Source: Fistulifera solaris
Lineage: Eukaryota
Assembly: GCA_030295235.1 (NCBI GenBank)
Contig: AP026149.1
Span: 620,001-684,000 of the forward strand
Length of the DNA: 64,000 bases
Reading direction: 5' to 3'
The notes under the pieces are model-generated. The model was not told the origin of the DNA. It saw only the letters and a list, made by a program, of their open reading frames with translations, and made no database searches. Made by a program: the position numbers and the translations under genes. Shown in pieces: positions 48,385 to 60,615 of the stretch. How positions within the stretch are numbered: position 1 is the first letter of the stretch; every line of letters starts with the position of its first letter.

Positions 48385-49627
48385 TTACTTGGCCTTTTTG
48401 GTTGGCAACGCCATACTGCTCGTCCGCCTTCGTTGTAAGAGATGCAAGAGCAATCGACTCGATTCATCGGGGACTCCCGGCAAACAGTGATGCAAGCAAT
48501 CGCCATCCGTACTCACTGCACCAATGCGCAGACCCAGTTGTTGAATGTACCAATGATAGGTATCTAAAAACTCCAGTTGCTGTGATGGACCCAAAACTTG
48601 TTGCAAGGTATATTCAACTAAAGCATTTTGAGCACGAAAATTCCACCAGTGAAACTTCTTTCGTTTCTCGTCGGCCATGTACCACGGCAAGGACTCCACA
48701 TGCTGTTCTATTTTTGTTAGCAAAGAAGATGAATCGTTTTTGGAATCTAAGTAGGGAACCGGAAATGTTTCACATTGCGGTATACCAGGTGCCGTTGTAC
48801 GCCAAATGAAGACACGGTCGTCGTCCTGCTCGAGCCATGTTCGAAACAACGGTAATACTTGTTGCAATTGTGGAAAGAAAACATCATCTGGATCATACCA
48901 AGCCCCACGATTCACTACGAGGATAGCGGGTTGATACTGATCGATCATTTGTTGTACTCCGGCGAGTGCTAATTTGTTGTTGCGACTCCAAAAGATGGTG
49001 GTGTTTTGACAGCATTTGAATTCTTCCAGTATTTTACGCTCTACGGTGGGTTCTGCTTTCAGCAAGTACTTCTTTTCAATCAAGACGAGTGAGAAAGAAA
49101 GCATTTCGGCGACGATAAGACTACTTTCCATCTCGGAAAAAAAGAGGTACGTACCAAGGACCGAAAGATTTGCCACGAAATGGAGTCACCAATGAATCCC
49201 AATGTCTTGTGTTCCAATGCTTCACACAGTATTGCGGGATCCCATTCGATTAATTGACACGAGTCGTCGTCAACATTCCATTGTGTGGGATAATATCCCT
49301 TTCCGTTCTTGTAATACGTTTCTTCCCATGAAGTTGAACGATACCGTAATGGCTGGGTAGGATTGTACGTCCAAAATCCTTGCTGTACTTGTTCACGCGA
49401 ACAATAGGACAGAATTGAAGGAGCAGTTGCAGCTACAGTTGGAAAAGATACGTTTTCCAAGTTGGTCGTTGCATGCAAAATGACTCGTCCTTTTTGGGAT
49501 CGATCAAACGATATTGTTTCGCCAGGAAGAAAGGAAACAGAATGCCAATCAGAACGGTTCCCGCAATCACCCCTAACGTCAGAACAGTTTTACGTTTTAC
49601 TTATAGAGGGTGCGAATTATCGTTCAT
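48385..49627 (-). CDS. TBL/PC-esterase (SGNH) O-acetyltransferase-like protein; 5' end disrupted
   Basis: FIGDS, NRGAW, WRTTAPG and DCLHHCLPGVPD motifs; intron 49072-49154; frameshift near 49480 and in-frame TAA at 49601-49603 before the TM anchor. Confidence 0.75.
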
Positions 49628-49883
49628 TGTGAATTGTGACTAATACAACTTCTGAGAGACACCGGAGTAGCTGAGTAATTACAGTGCGTGGTAGTGTAGG
49701 GTGGAGTATGTTTGGTTTTTGGCTGTTTACGCCGGTCAACGAAGGGACGACGACTCGTGACTTGATGAATGATACACGAACTCAATAATCGTTTTTTCAC
49801 TTATAACAGCGCGTTGTCTCCTTTTTCTCTCATGTCCGACGCCGTTGACTCATTTATTGCTTCTGATGACAATCATTCACACG

Positions 49884-51560
49884 ATGGAAGACGATGAAAA
49901 CGACGCATCGCAATATGACAAAGAAGAGGGAGAACTCGGACAAGACGAAATCGGTCATGACGAAGAGGAATTGTTGTTGTTAGTTTCGTCGTCGCGCAAG
50001 GATGATACAAAACAGACACCTATTCATTGTCGCAGTCGCTCCACTGTACAGACGTTACTTCTCGTCTGGGTGATCACTGCAATTCTATTTTATGAAATAG
50101 GCCAATGGAAGTGTCAAACAAGATCCAAGAATAATCATTCAACAACATTTCACGAAGCAACAACAATATCACACAATATCACCAACAACAATCACTTTCA
50201 TGACAATACCGAATATCCACTCGATCAACCATTTTCACCGTTTGGAATAGACCGCAAAGACTATCGTCGTGTTTGTGCCCATGTACACTCATCAGAATTG
50301 TGCTTAACACTCCGTTTTCCGTTTGCGGTCGAACCACAAGACCCACAGTTCGAATATCCACATCCAGTCCAGGAACGCATGTACGATTTGGACGCTACTA
50401 TGCACACACTGGATGGTGCCGATTTGATTCAGTGTCGACAGGATACGGCAGCAGAAATGACGAATATGAATGAGAAAGTCGTCACGTGTCTCGAACGATG
50501 GACACTCACGCAAACCAATCCGAGCAACACGGTTGTCGGTGTGTGGACCCGGACGGAACTGAAACCCACTCGAGGAGAAACAGACTTTTATGGTGTACAA
50601 TTGTCGGAAGAGCAAGGGCAACGGATCGATGACTTTTTTAAAAGTCATGTCATTGTGGTATTGGGGGCTTCGCCCACTCCAGCCGTCACGGAATGTCTCT
50701 CCTCTTTGTTCGGACGTTGTCGGAACGGAGGAATCAAACCTCTTTCGAGTCTTTGTGAAGGTCACTATAGAATGTTGCAGGATCGGGATTTGGGAAATCT
50801 GTATACATACGGAACCCTTCCAGAAAATGAGACATTTATCGGCGTCATGGGCTATTATCCAAATGATGACAATCACGGACGCCACCATTCTCTTTCGGTC
50901 AAAGATATTCCCGAGCTCATCCGAGGACCCGATTTTCAGCGTCCCAACTCTCTAATAAAGCGAAAGCTATCGTTCATTATTGATCATCCGATCGCGCACG
51001 TGCAAAATGAGAACATGATTGTGGAGGAATGGAACACCATTGCCGCAATTCAACAGGGGTATCCGCAACAAATCATGAATATTTATTCTCCCGAGGGACG
51101 AAAGATTTTGAGCGAGGCAGGTTGGGAGCCAGGACATGTCATTGCTTTTGACGGTATTCCTCAGTTCAATCCGTCAAAAACAGGAGCATTCGATTGGAGC
51201 CTAAAGACAATCAGGAAGGAGGAGAAATTCATCGCTAATAAAGGATATGATGGTTGGATGGAAGATTATGGTACCAAATGCCGTGGTCCGTTGCCACCGC
51301 AGTCCGCGCTCAAGAAAGTGAATGAGCTCGCTCGAGAGGGCTATCAAAACGCGGGGCTAGATCCGAACTTTTATGGTCGTACTTGGGAGTTCGCCAATCA
51401 ATTTTGGTTTGCCGTGAAAGGATGGACGAAAGACAAGGGGTTGGATTGCACCCATGCCAAACAAAATGGAACGGGATTGTCGTGTGTTCACAAATACTTT
51501 TTGCAACTAATGATTGATGATCACTATCGGACCATTGAGGAACGTCGAGAAATCAGATGA
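49884..51560 (+). CDS. Type II membrane protein, divergent PC-esterase/SGNH-like
   Basis: Long intact ORF; TM near the N-terminus; IVVLGAS at the GDS position and C-terminal DCTH (DxxH); family call tentative. Confidence 0.6.
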   Translation: MEDDENDASQYDKEEGELGQDEIGHDEEELLLLVSSSRKDDTKQTPIHCRSRSTVQTLLLVWVITAILFYEIGQWKCQTRSKNNHSTTFHEATTISHNITNNNHFHDNTEYPLDQPFSPFGIDRKDYRRVCAHVHSSELCLTLRFPFAVEPQDPQFEYPHPVQERMYDLDATMHTLDGADLIQCRQDTAAEMTNMNEKVVTCLERWTLTQTNPSNTVVGVWTRTELKPTRGETDFYGVQLSEEQGQRIDDFFKSHVIVVLGASPTPAVTECLSSLFGRCRNGGIKPLSSLCEGHYRMLQDRDLGNLYTYGTLPENETFIGVMGYYPNDDNHGRHHSLSVKDIPELIRGPDFQRPNSLIKRKLSFIIDHPIAHVQNENMIVEEWNTIAAIQQGYPQQIMNIYSPEGRKILSEAGWEPGHVIAFDGIPQFNPSKTGAFDWSLKTIRKEEKFIANKGYDGWMEDYGTKCRGPLPPQSALKKVNELAREGYQNAGLDPNFYGRTWEFANQFWFAVKGWTKDKGLDCTHAKQNGTGLSCVHKYFLQLMIDDHYRTIEERREIR

Positions 51561-51998
51561 CGAGATTAGGTAATTTTAGACTTTATCATAACATTTTTGC
51601 ACAATTTTGGAGCAATTTCTTACCGGCGTAGTGAGTAGTGATGTCGTCCAACTCAGTTAAAACTTAGTCCCTAGATTTTTCGGGTTTCGTTCTTCTAATA
51701 AGCTATTGTATCGTTGGTATCGTCTCTGATGGCATTACCGTGTTGAGTGAATTGCGTTAGTTGCCTTCCAGGGAGAAAGATGGATCGATTCCATTATTCA
51801 GTATTTACCGCTAGGTCTCAAATAGGAGTAGAATAAAGAGAAGCGAAAAGCGGATTTCCCCCGACTCCATGGATTGTGCAATCCCGAGCGAAAATGCAGC
51901 AAAACTACAAAGTACGTAATGCAAGCAAACTGGTAAGAAGCAAGTCATCTTCTTTCGTCACAGATAACAAATATCATTATTCACAAACGAAACATAAA

Positions 51999-52779
51999 AT
52001 GAGCAACAAAGAAAAACTTTCTGGAACTCATTCCGCAGGAATCGGCACCCAGGCTTCATCCGATCGACCGGGATTATCGTGAAAGCACCTGTCCGGTCTA
52101 CCGGATGATGATTCGGTGTCCTTCGCATGTTCGTGATCTTTATCAAAGCAAACAAGACCGTCCTACAGTGATTCAAACAGATAATGAAACCTTGATCTAT
52201 GTTGGGTGGTGTCTTTCGGTGAATCATGGGAATGACTATTTACTTATCATCGACTGGAACGTAGATCAGAAAAATGTAACCTGTCGAATCATAGGTCCTT
52301 CGAAAGAAGCTGTATTTGAAACCGCAATTATGATTGACAATCTACCATCGACGGATTTGAATCGCTTTCAAATTCATACTCGTGATGCATTCCCAACAAT
52401 CGACTTATTTCGTTGGTTTCACGCAAACTATACATCAACCCATTTTTCATTTGAATTCGTTTCACGCCGCTCAGAATATTTAGGCATCCGGCGTACTTCG
52501 GAAGGTTGTGTCATGATAACTTCTTGCAACGCTTTTACCAGCTATTGCGAAAATGACAAATCTCTGAGAAGCATTTTTCTGCCATTGCTGGTGAACGGAA
52601 AGTCGGTCAATAATTTTCACTTTATCTCGTCGTTTCTGGAACAGAATGTCGATTCCCTGTGTGAACTCCTACAGCTTGTACTTGACACTGTTGAGCCGGC
52701 GCTCAAGCGAGCGAGAAAAGACGAGGAGAACGTGAAAGGTGGTTTGATTGGGAATAACACCACGCAGCGCAATATCTGA
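51999..52779 (+). pseudogene. Truncated 'LELIP' family gene (same family as the 1.4 kb and 35 kb relics)
   Basis: MSNKEK / LELIPQE...PVYRMMIRCPSHVRDL...IQTDNETLIYV...CRIIGPSKEAVFETA; frameshift near 52020; much shorter than the 35 kb copy. Confidence 0.5.
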
Positions 52780-53726
52780 TACATCGTGCATGTGCGACCA
52801 AGCTGCGATCATCAAATAATACAGACATGTTGCTTTAATGGTTGCTGTTAAGAGTTGGAAGAGCACATTGAATGATAAAAGTGCGCAGTAATTAATGGTT
52901 GTTTGGTCGCACGAGAGTGCTGATTGTTTACCAGTAGGGAATTCTCCTATTGGAATGTCTACTTAACTAAATGTTACCAAATTTTCTTTTTGTTTTTTTT
53001 GCTATACGACTGTTTATTTTACTTTTATTTTTGCTTCAGACTGATCTTATTGGCCAGCTTTGGCTGGCGCAGTCTCAGTCTTTTGACTGACACTGTGTGG
53101 AAGAGAGCTTACACTTTTGTGATCCATTTTCCACCTTTTTTAGGCGCCGCCCTTTGTCGGACGGGGGACGCGTATGCTTAAAATGCAATCAAACAACCCA
53201 ATTGGGGTCGGGTAGAGCGAGCCTTCTCGATGCAGGGACTTGGCCCAAACACGGGGCCGCCACCTCAAGGTATGCCTTCTCAGTCGACTTTTGTCGCCGG
53301 GGTCATCCTTCGGGTGGAATTTCTACCATGCTGCCTTAATATGGAGCTAACCTCTTCCAGCTGGTTTTCAGCCGGCCCTCCTTTGGCGGGGGTCGGCCGC
53401 CAATTCTGGGGGACGCCACCGGGATAGGTATGGTCATCGCAATCGGTCGTATCGGTCCTCCTTTGAGGCCGTCGCCGTTGGTGCCATCCTCCTCTGTCGT
53501 GGAATTTCCATGGCAACTTTACGGAATGATCGCATACCAGGTCGTCACCGTGGATTTATTGTGCTTGGAGTTTTTCCTCCAGCACGACACCATCTTTGGG
53601 TGTCGAGTAAGCGTCTCTCCTCTTACTTCCGCACCCTGCCACGCATACGCTGGTACCAGCTCTGAAGTTACCCTCAGACCGCACTTTGACTATGGTCTTT
53701 GCCATGGCCCTTCGAAAAGAGAATAA

Positions 53727-53877
53727 AGGCGAGGAGCGGTGAAGGCACCGAGGCACAGCACATCACTCATTCCTTGACACAGAGAACTTGAGGCGAGGAG
53801 CGGTGAAGGCCTCAGGGCTCAGCACATCACTCGGCCTCTCTCCAGAGCAAGAGAAGGACGGAGGCTTCAAGGCACAC
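53727..53877. repeat. 64-bp-period tandem repeat (about 2.5 units)
   Basis: AGGCGAGGAGCGGTGAAGGC at 53727 and 53791; CAGCACATCACTC at 53756 and 53820; degenerate third unit. Confidence 0.85.
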
Positions 53878-54661
53878 GCGATTTCTCTTGCTCGCATTGT
53901 GGTAGGGGGCTACTCCGCAGGGTCCGTGCACTACCCGTCGGTAAGGTGTGGTTCCCTGCGGACGAAGATCATTGTAATATCTGACTGCAATAAGCAAATG
54001 AGAAACAAGAGCAAGGTGAGCAAGTGACAAGATGCACTGCTTCGTTAGTGACAAATCGCACTTCGTGTGTGATTTGACACAACGTGCGATTTGTGAGACG
54101 AAAAGAGGATGCAAATGATAAATGGTTGATTGTCGAGTGAGTCGTGCGGAGAGCGGTTTTCGCGGCCGTTTCCGTTTTCGCGACCAGTTTTCGATCGCCA
54201 ATTTGCATCTCCGACGAAACCGGGATTGATAGCTAGCAAGGTAAACCCGAAACAAAAATCAAACGAGTTAATAATAGTCATCAAGATCATGACGAAGGTC
54301 GAGAATGTTGATGTGTTTGTTTTATTCCAATTCCGCAAGCATTTCGCACTCTATACTGTGATGCGTCTTGAAGCAACAGCTATTTCGTACTACCTGGTAC
54401 TTATGAAGCTTGAAAGTACCAGTTTCAGGTCTAACAAAATCGGAACGGTATATCCCCTATAGCAGGCGAACCGTTCAAAAGAACTATCAATTTAAGTGTA
54501 GCTGGTCTATGAGTCCCTTTTATGATGATGATTCATGGATTGACAGTCAATCACGAGCCAGTATTTTCTACTCCGGAGTACCTGGTATAATTTCTCAATT
54601 TAGAGTATTTGTTAAGAAGAGGTTCATAAACAGTTTTATTCTAAAAATTGGTAGGTGGCAA

Positions 54662-55587
54662 ATGGATAATGTGTTAAAGAATATGCGTGAAACTCCGATA
54701 GAATCGGAAGAACAGCATGCTAAACCTGATGATGCACTAACAGGCACTGACGATCGTAGTGATGGAAATGTTTACGAAACGATCAATAGTCTTCATATGT
54801 ATTTGGGGTTGCATTATCCGCGTTCTGGAAAAGACAAGAATGTAGATCCGATTTTCCCACACGATCATGCACCCTGGCACGCGGTTGGATTTCCGCAGCG
54901 CGTGGCTCGGTTACTAATTTCATTGATACCGAAGAACGAGGAATTTCCGAAGCGAGCACTTGATATAGGATGTGCCGTCGGTGGCTCCTCTTTGAGCTGG
55001 CCAAAGTCTTTGGAAAGGTCGATGCCTTTGACTATAGCGAGTCGTTCGTCAAGGCTGCCAAACAACTGCAAGCCAACGAGGTGATACGATTTCAAATTCC
55101 GGTCGAAGCCGAACTCTATGAAGAAGTGACAGTCGTGTACGATGAAGACGTGACAGAGGAAGTGCGTCAAAGAGTTCATTTTTTCACGGGGGACGCGTGC
55201 TCGTTACAGGATATGGTGGAGAAGGGTTTGTTATCGGGACACGAATCCTATGATGGAGTTCTCTCGGCGAATTTGCTTTGTCGGTTACCAGAACCCATGG
55301 CTTGCCTCAATGATTTGCCTAAAATTGTAAGAAAGGAGGGCGTGGTAGTTATTGTAACACCATTCAGTTGGTTGTGTGAATTCACGCCCCGGGAAAGATG
55401 GCTTGGCGGGTTCATCGATCCTCTTACGAACGAGTCTGTCTATTCCAAGACTGCTTTGCAAACGGTGATGGAAAAGAATGGGTTCGAGAAAATCCATGAA
55501 GAACAGGTCCCTCTCCTTATTCGTGAACATCAACGCAAGTACCAATACATCGTGAGCGAAGCTACCGGGTGGCGGAAAGTGAAATAA
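54662..55587 (+). CDS. Stand-alone SAM methyltransferase like the OvoA C-terminal (mercaptohistidine N-methyltransferase) domain
   Basis: NVYET...YLGLHY, RALDIGCAVG, GDACSL, ANLLCRL, TPFSWLCEFTPRERWLGG, IREHQRKYQY; 1-nt deletion in the T run near 54990. Confidence 0.85.
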
Positions 55588-56116
55588 CGCGAACACAAAC
55601 ATGTTATTTTTACTTTTTCATCCTAAATTTTACCTTTATGCAAAGCTTACGATGATTCATCAAGGTTTGCCTGCAGCACCACTTTACTGTTATCCGTGGT
55701 TGACTTGATTTCCGTATTGCAGGTCCGAGAGAATAGTTAGTTTGTAGTCTACCCTAAAGCGTAGGTGGTTGCAAATAATTATACATAATTTTAAAACAAA
55801 CCAACATGTACTTATACTATGCTTGTAGCAACAGTGGCAAACAAATCTAAATATTTATTTTTGGTGTATTAAACTATTTACAAGTACTGTACCAATATCG
55901 TGAAGAGACGTCGATGCCTTAGATCGAACCACCAAATGCTGGTAGTGTAGTGCAGGGTTAGAGTTTAAAGATCATTATTTTTGAAAGATCTCCGCGGGCA
56001 AAAAGATTCGCAAATTTTCAGCCGGCGTGCCAATGTAAAAGCTTCTCGTTGTGTCATTACATCGGTTATATAGTTGCTTCAAATTATTACTTGCATACAT
56101 CAAATAGTATCGAATC

Positions 56117-56788
56117 ATGACGAAGATAGCAACATTCACAACTTCTATGGGCACTTTCAAGGCCGAGTTGTATGACAAGGAGATGCCTATTACAGTCGGA
56201 AACTTTATTGATTTGGCCAACGGGGGCTTTTACGACGGCATCCACTTTCATCGTGTTATTCCGGATTTCATGAATCAGTTTGGATGCCCGTACGCCAAAG
56301 ATCCGAACAGTAATCGTGCGGGTACGGGTGGTCCTCCTCCGCATTCGTCGTTTCAGTCCGCCGACGGAAAATCCTACAAGCGCAATGATGAAGGAGGCAT
56401 TCCGGACGAAATTGGGCAGCCACAGCACCGCATCACGAATGCGCCAGGTACTTTGAGTATGGCGAATACGGGGCAGCCGGAATCAGGAGGCTCTCAGTTC
56501 TTTATCAACGTGGCTGGTATGTAGTGTCTTGGTGGAAAAGACGTGTCCGTGATGTGATATCTTCCTCTCACTTTGTATTATTGCTTGCTTCATCCTTTCA
56601 ATTCTCTTACAACAACATTCACAGACAATAGCTTCTTGGATTGGTTCGATCGTTCAACCGAATCCGCGCATCCCGTCTTTGGTAAAGTGATTGACAACTA
56701 TCCGTTGGTCGTCAAGATCTCGCAAGTTCCGACGCGCAATGATAATCCAGTTCAACCGATCAAGATGATCTCGGTGCGTGTCGAATAA
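56117..56788 (+). CDS. Cyclophilin-type peptidyl-prolyl isomerase
   Basis: [41 protein letters not shown]; intron 56517-56624. Confidence 0.95.
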
Positions 56789-56998
56789 AAGCGAAGTAGA
56801 GTCAAACGTTGATGAAGGAATGGGGGGAAAGTCGTTGGATGAAAACAACGCTTTCAAACATAGGCCCGACGGTTACCTAACAATGAGAGATGGTGCTAAG
56901 TTCGTTTAGCCGTATATTTTACACATTTTTATAGCTACCAGTACTTCTTAATTTCCTACTTTAGGAACGTTTTGTTGCTTACTTTGTACGGATGAGCC

Positions 56999-57601
56999 TT
57001 AGAACCAGACAAAATAAATGACGAGCAATGTGATCACCATGCCCGCCGCCACCAAATACGCATCCGTAATGTCTCTTCGCTCAATTATACGCATAGTCGA
57101 TTGTGTTATTCCCAATGCATTTCCAATATCCACAACTACTTTACTAACACCCCGCAAACGCTGTCGCTGTTCGACCAATTCTTGGTAGCTTGCATCTGCT
57201 TGTGAAATCAATCCCAACACGGCATAATTACTCGACTCTAACGACTGCGATTCTGCCGCTAAATTGGTCAAATCATTGTCTTGTGGGTTTTTACGCCTCC
57301 TCCGCAACAATTCATCACGCTGTCTTTGATACTGAGAGGTCTGAAATTGTTGTTGTCCCTGCTGTTGCAATTGCGCAGCCTCCTGTCGAAGCTCCTGTAT
57401 CTTGTGTTTCCAGATCGGCCGTTGCGCTGTCGTTTCTCTCAGTAACAAATCATCCATTACATCCAATTGTCGATTCAATTCTTCAACAGTCAAATACAAT
57501 TCGGTGGCAGTGCCGTTGCTGGAATGCAAGAGAGCGAGTTGTTGACGAGCGTCGTAGGCGAGTTTGCGGCATTTGGGGAACAATTCGCCAATCGACGTCA
57601 T
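56999..57601 (-). CDS. Qb-SNARE membrin/GOSR2 (Bos1)
   Basis: Habc helices, RQRDELL, LVEQRQRLRG, LGITQSTMRIIERR and a C-terminal TM. Confidence 0.88.
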   Translation of the reverse strand: MTSIGELFPKCRKLAYDARQQLALLHSSNGTATELYLTVEELNRQLDVMDDLLLRETTAQRPIWKHKIQELRQEAAQLQQQGQQQFQTSQYQRQRDELLRRRRKNPQDNDLTNLAAESQSLESSNYAVLGLISQADASYQELVEQRQRLRGVSKVVVDIGNALGITQSTMRIIERRDITDAYLVAAGMVITLLVIYFVWF

Positions 57602-58123
57602 GCTGGAATGTTTGAAGGGACTGTGCGCTTTTGAAATTCGAAACAAGTCCTCCGAAGAAGCGGCAAAGATCAAGAAGACTTTGTAAAAATAATTAATGTT
57701 TGTTTGCTGCTTTGGAGATTATGACAATAAAATCGAAGGCTTGATACCCCGGTACAATTACGACGTACGTACCGTTACCTCGTACCGGTACGTGGTACTG
57801 TACCGGGGACCCTTATTCCGTTTCCGGTACTGAAGTAGGTTTTTAGTATAGAGAGCTCCGTGTCTCAGACTTTTTGCCAATTATATGATGAGCAAAGAAC
57901 GGTCAACGGTTTCCCGATTGCAACAGAAATGAGGAATAAACATACGGAGTAATCAGAAGAGAGCGTCTTGATTATTTGATCTGTGACTCCAAGAACACAT
58001 CAACTTAATCATTTCCTTGGTGAATTGTTGCATAGTTAAGTGCAATCGATTTCCTCATCATCATACGCACACAAATACAACCAGAGGAATCGCCGGAGCC
58101 TCTCAGCATCCTTCCTTGTCAAC

Positions 58124-60582
58124 ATGGAGAGCATCAAGCGAACTCCTCACAAAGGACCCGCTAGCCTGTTTAAGGCTCTCTCTACGCCTCGATCTCTATT
58201 GAGTCATCCCACGGCAGCTTCTTCTCTTCTTTCGGGAAGTCACGGTCGACAACGGCGGCAACAACGAAATATTGTGAAACTCGACTTGCAACGAGCACGA
58301 CGGTACGGCATGAAAGAGAATGCTCGCTTCAATCGCATCAAATTCACCCACGCCGGCACTGTGTTCATTTACGATCCCTTAAAGAACAAAGAAGTTACTT
58401 CGTATCCAGCCGCGGTGGGGAAATACACCGGTTCGGCCTTTGAGAAACCCATTCATGTGCCCCCTTATCCACTCCCCGCTCATGCGTATCATCAGTCGAC
58501 GAACCGAAAAGCTTATTTACATGAGAATCCTAGAGCCGTCACGTCACATTCAGTCTTTTTGGTCGATATGTCCGGTTCGATGCGATGCGATGATATCAAT
58601 GGAGCACGATGTCGTGCAGATGCTGTGTGGACGACGATCGCTCGCAACTATGTGCTTGATCCCTTGAAGGAAGGAACACTTTCGTCATCAGATGTGGTGA
58701 GTATTGTCGCGTTTCGGGACACAGCCGAAGTGTTGGTGGCACAAGCACCCGTGGATTATGTTTTGTTCAATCGGATATTGACATTTTGCGAGTATGAGAC
58801 GGTGCGACCCGAAGGGCCTGGGAAATATCTCCCCGCCCTGGACATGGCCGAATCTTTACTGGAATGGAACAAGCTGGGAAGTTGCGCTTTAAGTCTTTTG
58901 TTCTTTTCGGATGGGAAACCTTCGGATCGAGGAAATTTCGTGGCTCGTACCGGTCAGATTGCCGCGAAATACGGACATCGTCTTACCATGAGTTGCATAG
59001 GAATGGCCGAACCCAGTGAAGATTTTGTCATCCTACAAGCCATGGTGGAAGAAGCCCGTGATTTTGGTGTACAAGCTGTCTTCCAGCGTCCCACAATGCA
59101 CTTGTCGGAGTTATCCGTGGCTATTTCCAGTTTGGCTTCTTCGTTGTGCACTACCAAGACTTCTATGATCGATCGACGAACGGGCCGACGACAGATGGTT
59201 CGTACCGATATTGTTCATGAACGAAAGAGTTCCGTAAAGCAGGATTGGATACGACCGAACTATGAATGGAAAGTGTTTTCTAATCACGATGTGATGAATT
59301 ATGTGCTTCGCTTTTCGACCTGGGATACTCAAAGAGATGAATTCGTTTGTAAGTGCGCCTAGAAAACGACGATCTATACGCCGAATTCCATTCTCACACC
59401 TTTGATTGATGACAACGGTAGGGCTGATGGACAGTCGTTGCGTTTTCTGTTACCAAAAAGTGTCGGCTGGATATGAAGGAGCGATTGAAACAATAGGTAA
59501 AGGTACGGTTCCGGGAGATCTCTGTCAAAATTGTCGTGCTTGTTATATTTGTTCCCGCTGTAGGCGCCCCCATGACCCAGTAGATTGTGCGACCTATCTT
59601 CAACACAAAACGAATCGCAAGATGGTGGTACGGCAGGTACCATCGTTCTCGGTAGCCATGAAACATGCTGTTTTCGGACAAGGTGAAGAACGCATCGTTC
59701 ATCAGTTTCGTTTCCTGGATGATCAAGGTAACTTCGCTGGATCCAAATGGGTCGCCAAGGAATCGCGCTTTGTTTTAGAAGGTGATGATCCCTCACAGCA
59801 GCTATCGCGCTTAACGTATCACAAGGACTTTATGCGCACACAAGTCTTGGCTCAACGCTTTGCTATGGAATTCAACCACGCATTGGAGTCCTTTCAACCC
59901 GAGTCACGCAACTGGCCGCGCTTTCGTTTCTTGGAACCTTTGGTTGTAGAACTAGTTGAAGACGGGAGACATTTGGCGTACAAACAACGAGAAATCATGA
60001 TTGAGGAAATGCTAGACGGGGAATATCTAAAATTTAATAACAATGACGGATTTGTGATGAGCAAAGGAAAGATGACACAACTGCCGATGGATCCCATTCG
60101 AGAAGTAAGCGACGATACGGAAGATGACGACGACGACGATGAAATAGTTGAGGTGGCTAGAGATGGCAAACCTGTCGACGCGTCTGTTCCATCCCCAATG
60201 TGCGAGGAAATTATTAACCACGAACCTTCTACGACAACCACAAGCTCGGAAATGTGCGTCGAAATTTCCAAAACGCCTGTAGTGCCATCTCATGATTCCA
60301 GTATGGAAATTTGGATTGAAGATTTTCCTCAAGCCTTCAGTCATTTTTCGTACCAGAAGAGTGGAAAGCAGTACATGGTTGTTGATTTACAAGGAGTGTT
60401 TCAGCAACATCCCGAAGGTACCTGTGAATTTATCTTGACGGATCCTGCCATTCACCGACGTGACGAACATTTGGAATCCATGGGACGGACGGATCGTGGG
60501 CAAAGGGCATGCGCTCCTTTTGCAGTCACATCGTTGCAATCGCGTGTGTCGCTTGCTGGGTCTCGTGATGAAGGAAGAATAG
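58124..60582 (+). CDS. vWA domain + Cys-rich finger + alpha-kinase (MHCK/eEF2K family)
   Basis: MIDAS DMSGS and FSDG; kinase FGQGEER, VAKE, IEEML, KFNNNDG, QAFSHFSY, VVDLQG, LTDPAIH, H-x-CN-x2-C; intron 59349-59421; two 1-nt deletions near 60503-60520. Confidence 0.88.
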
Positions 60583-60615
60583 TGTGTTGCAATTAATAAT
60601 TTAATAGCCGCATTC

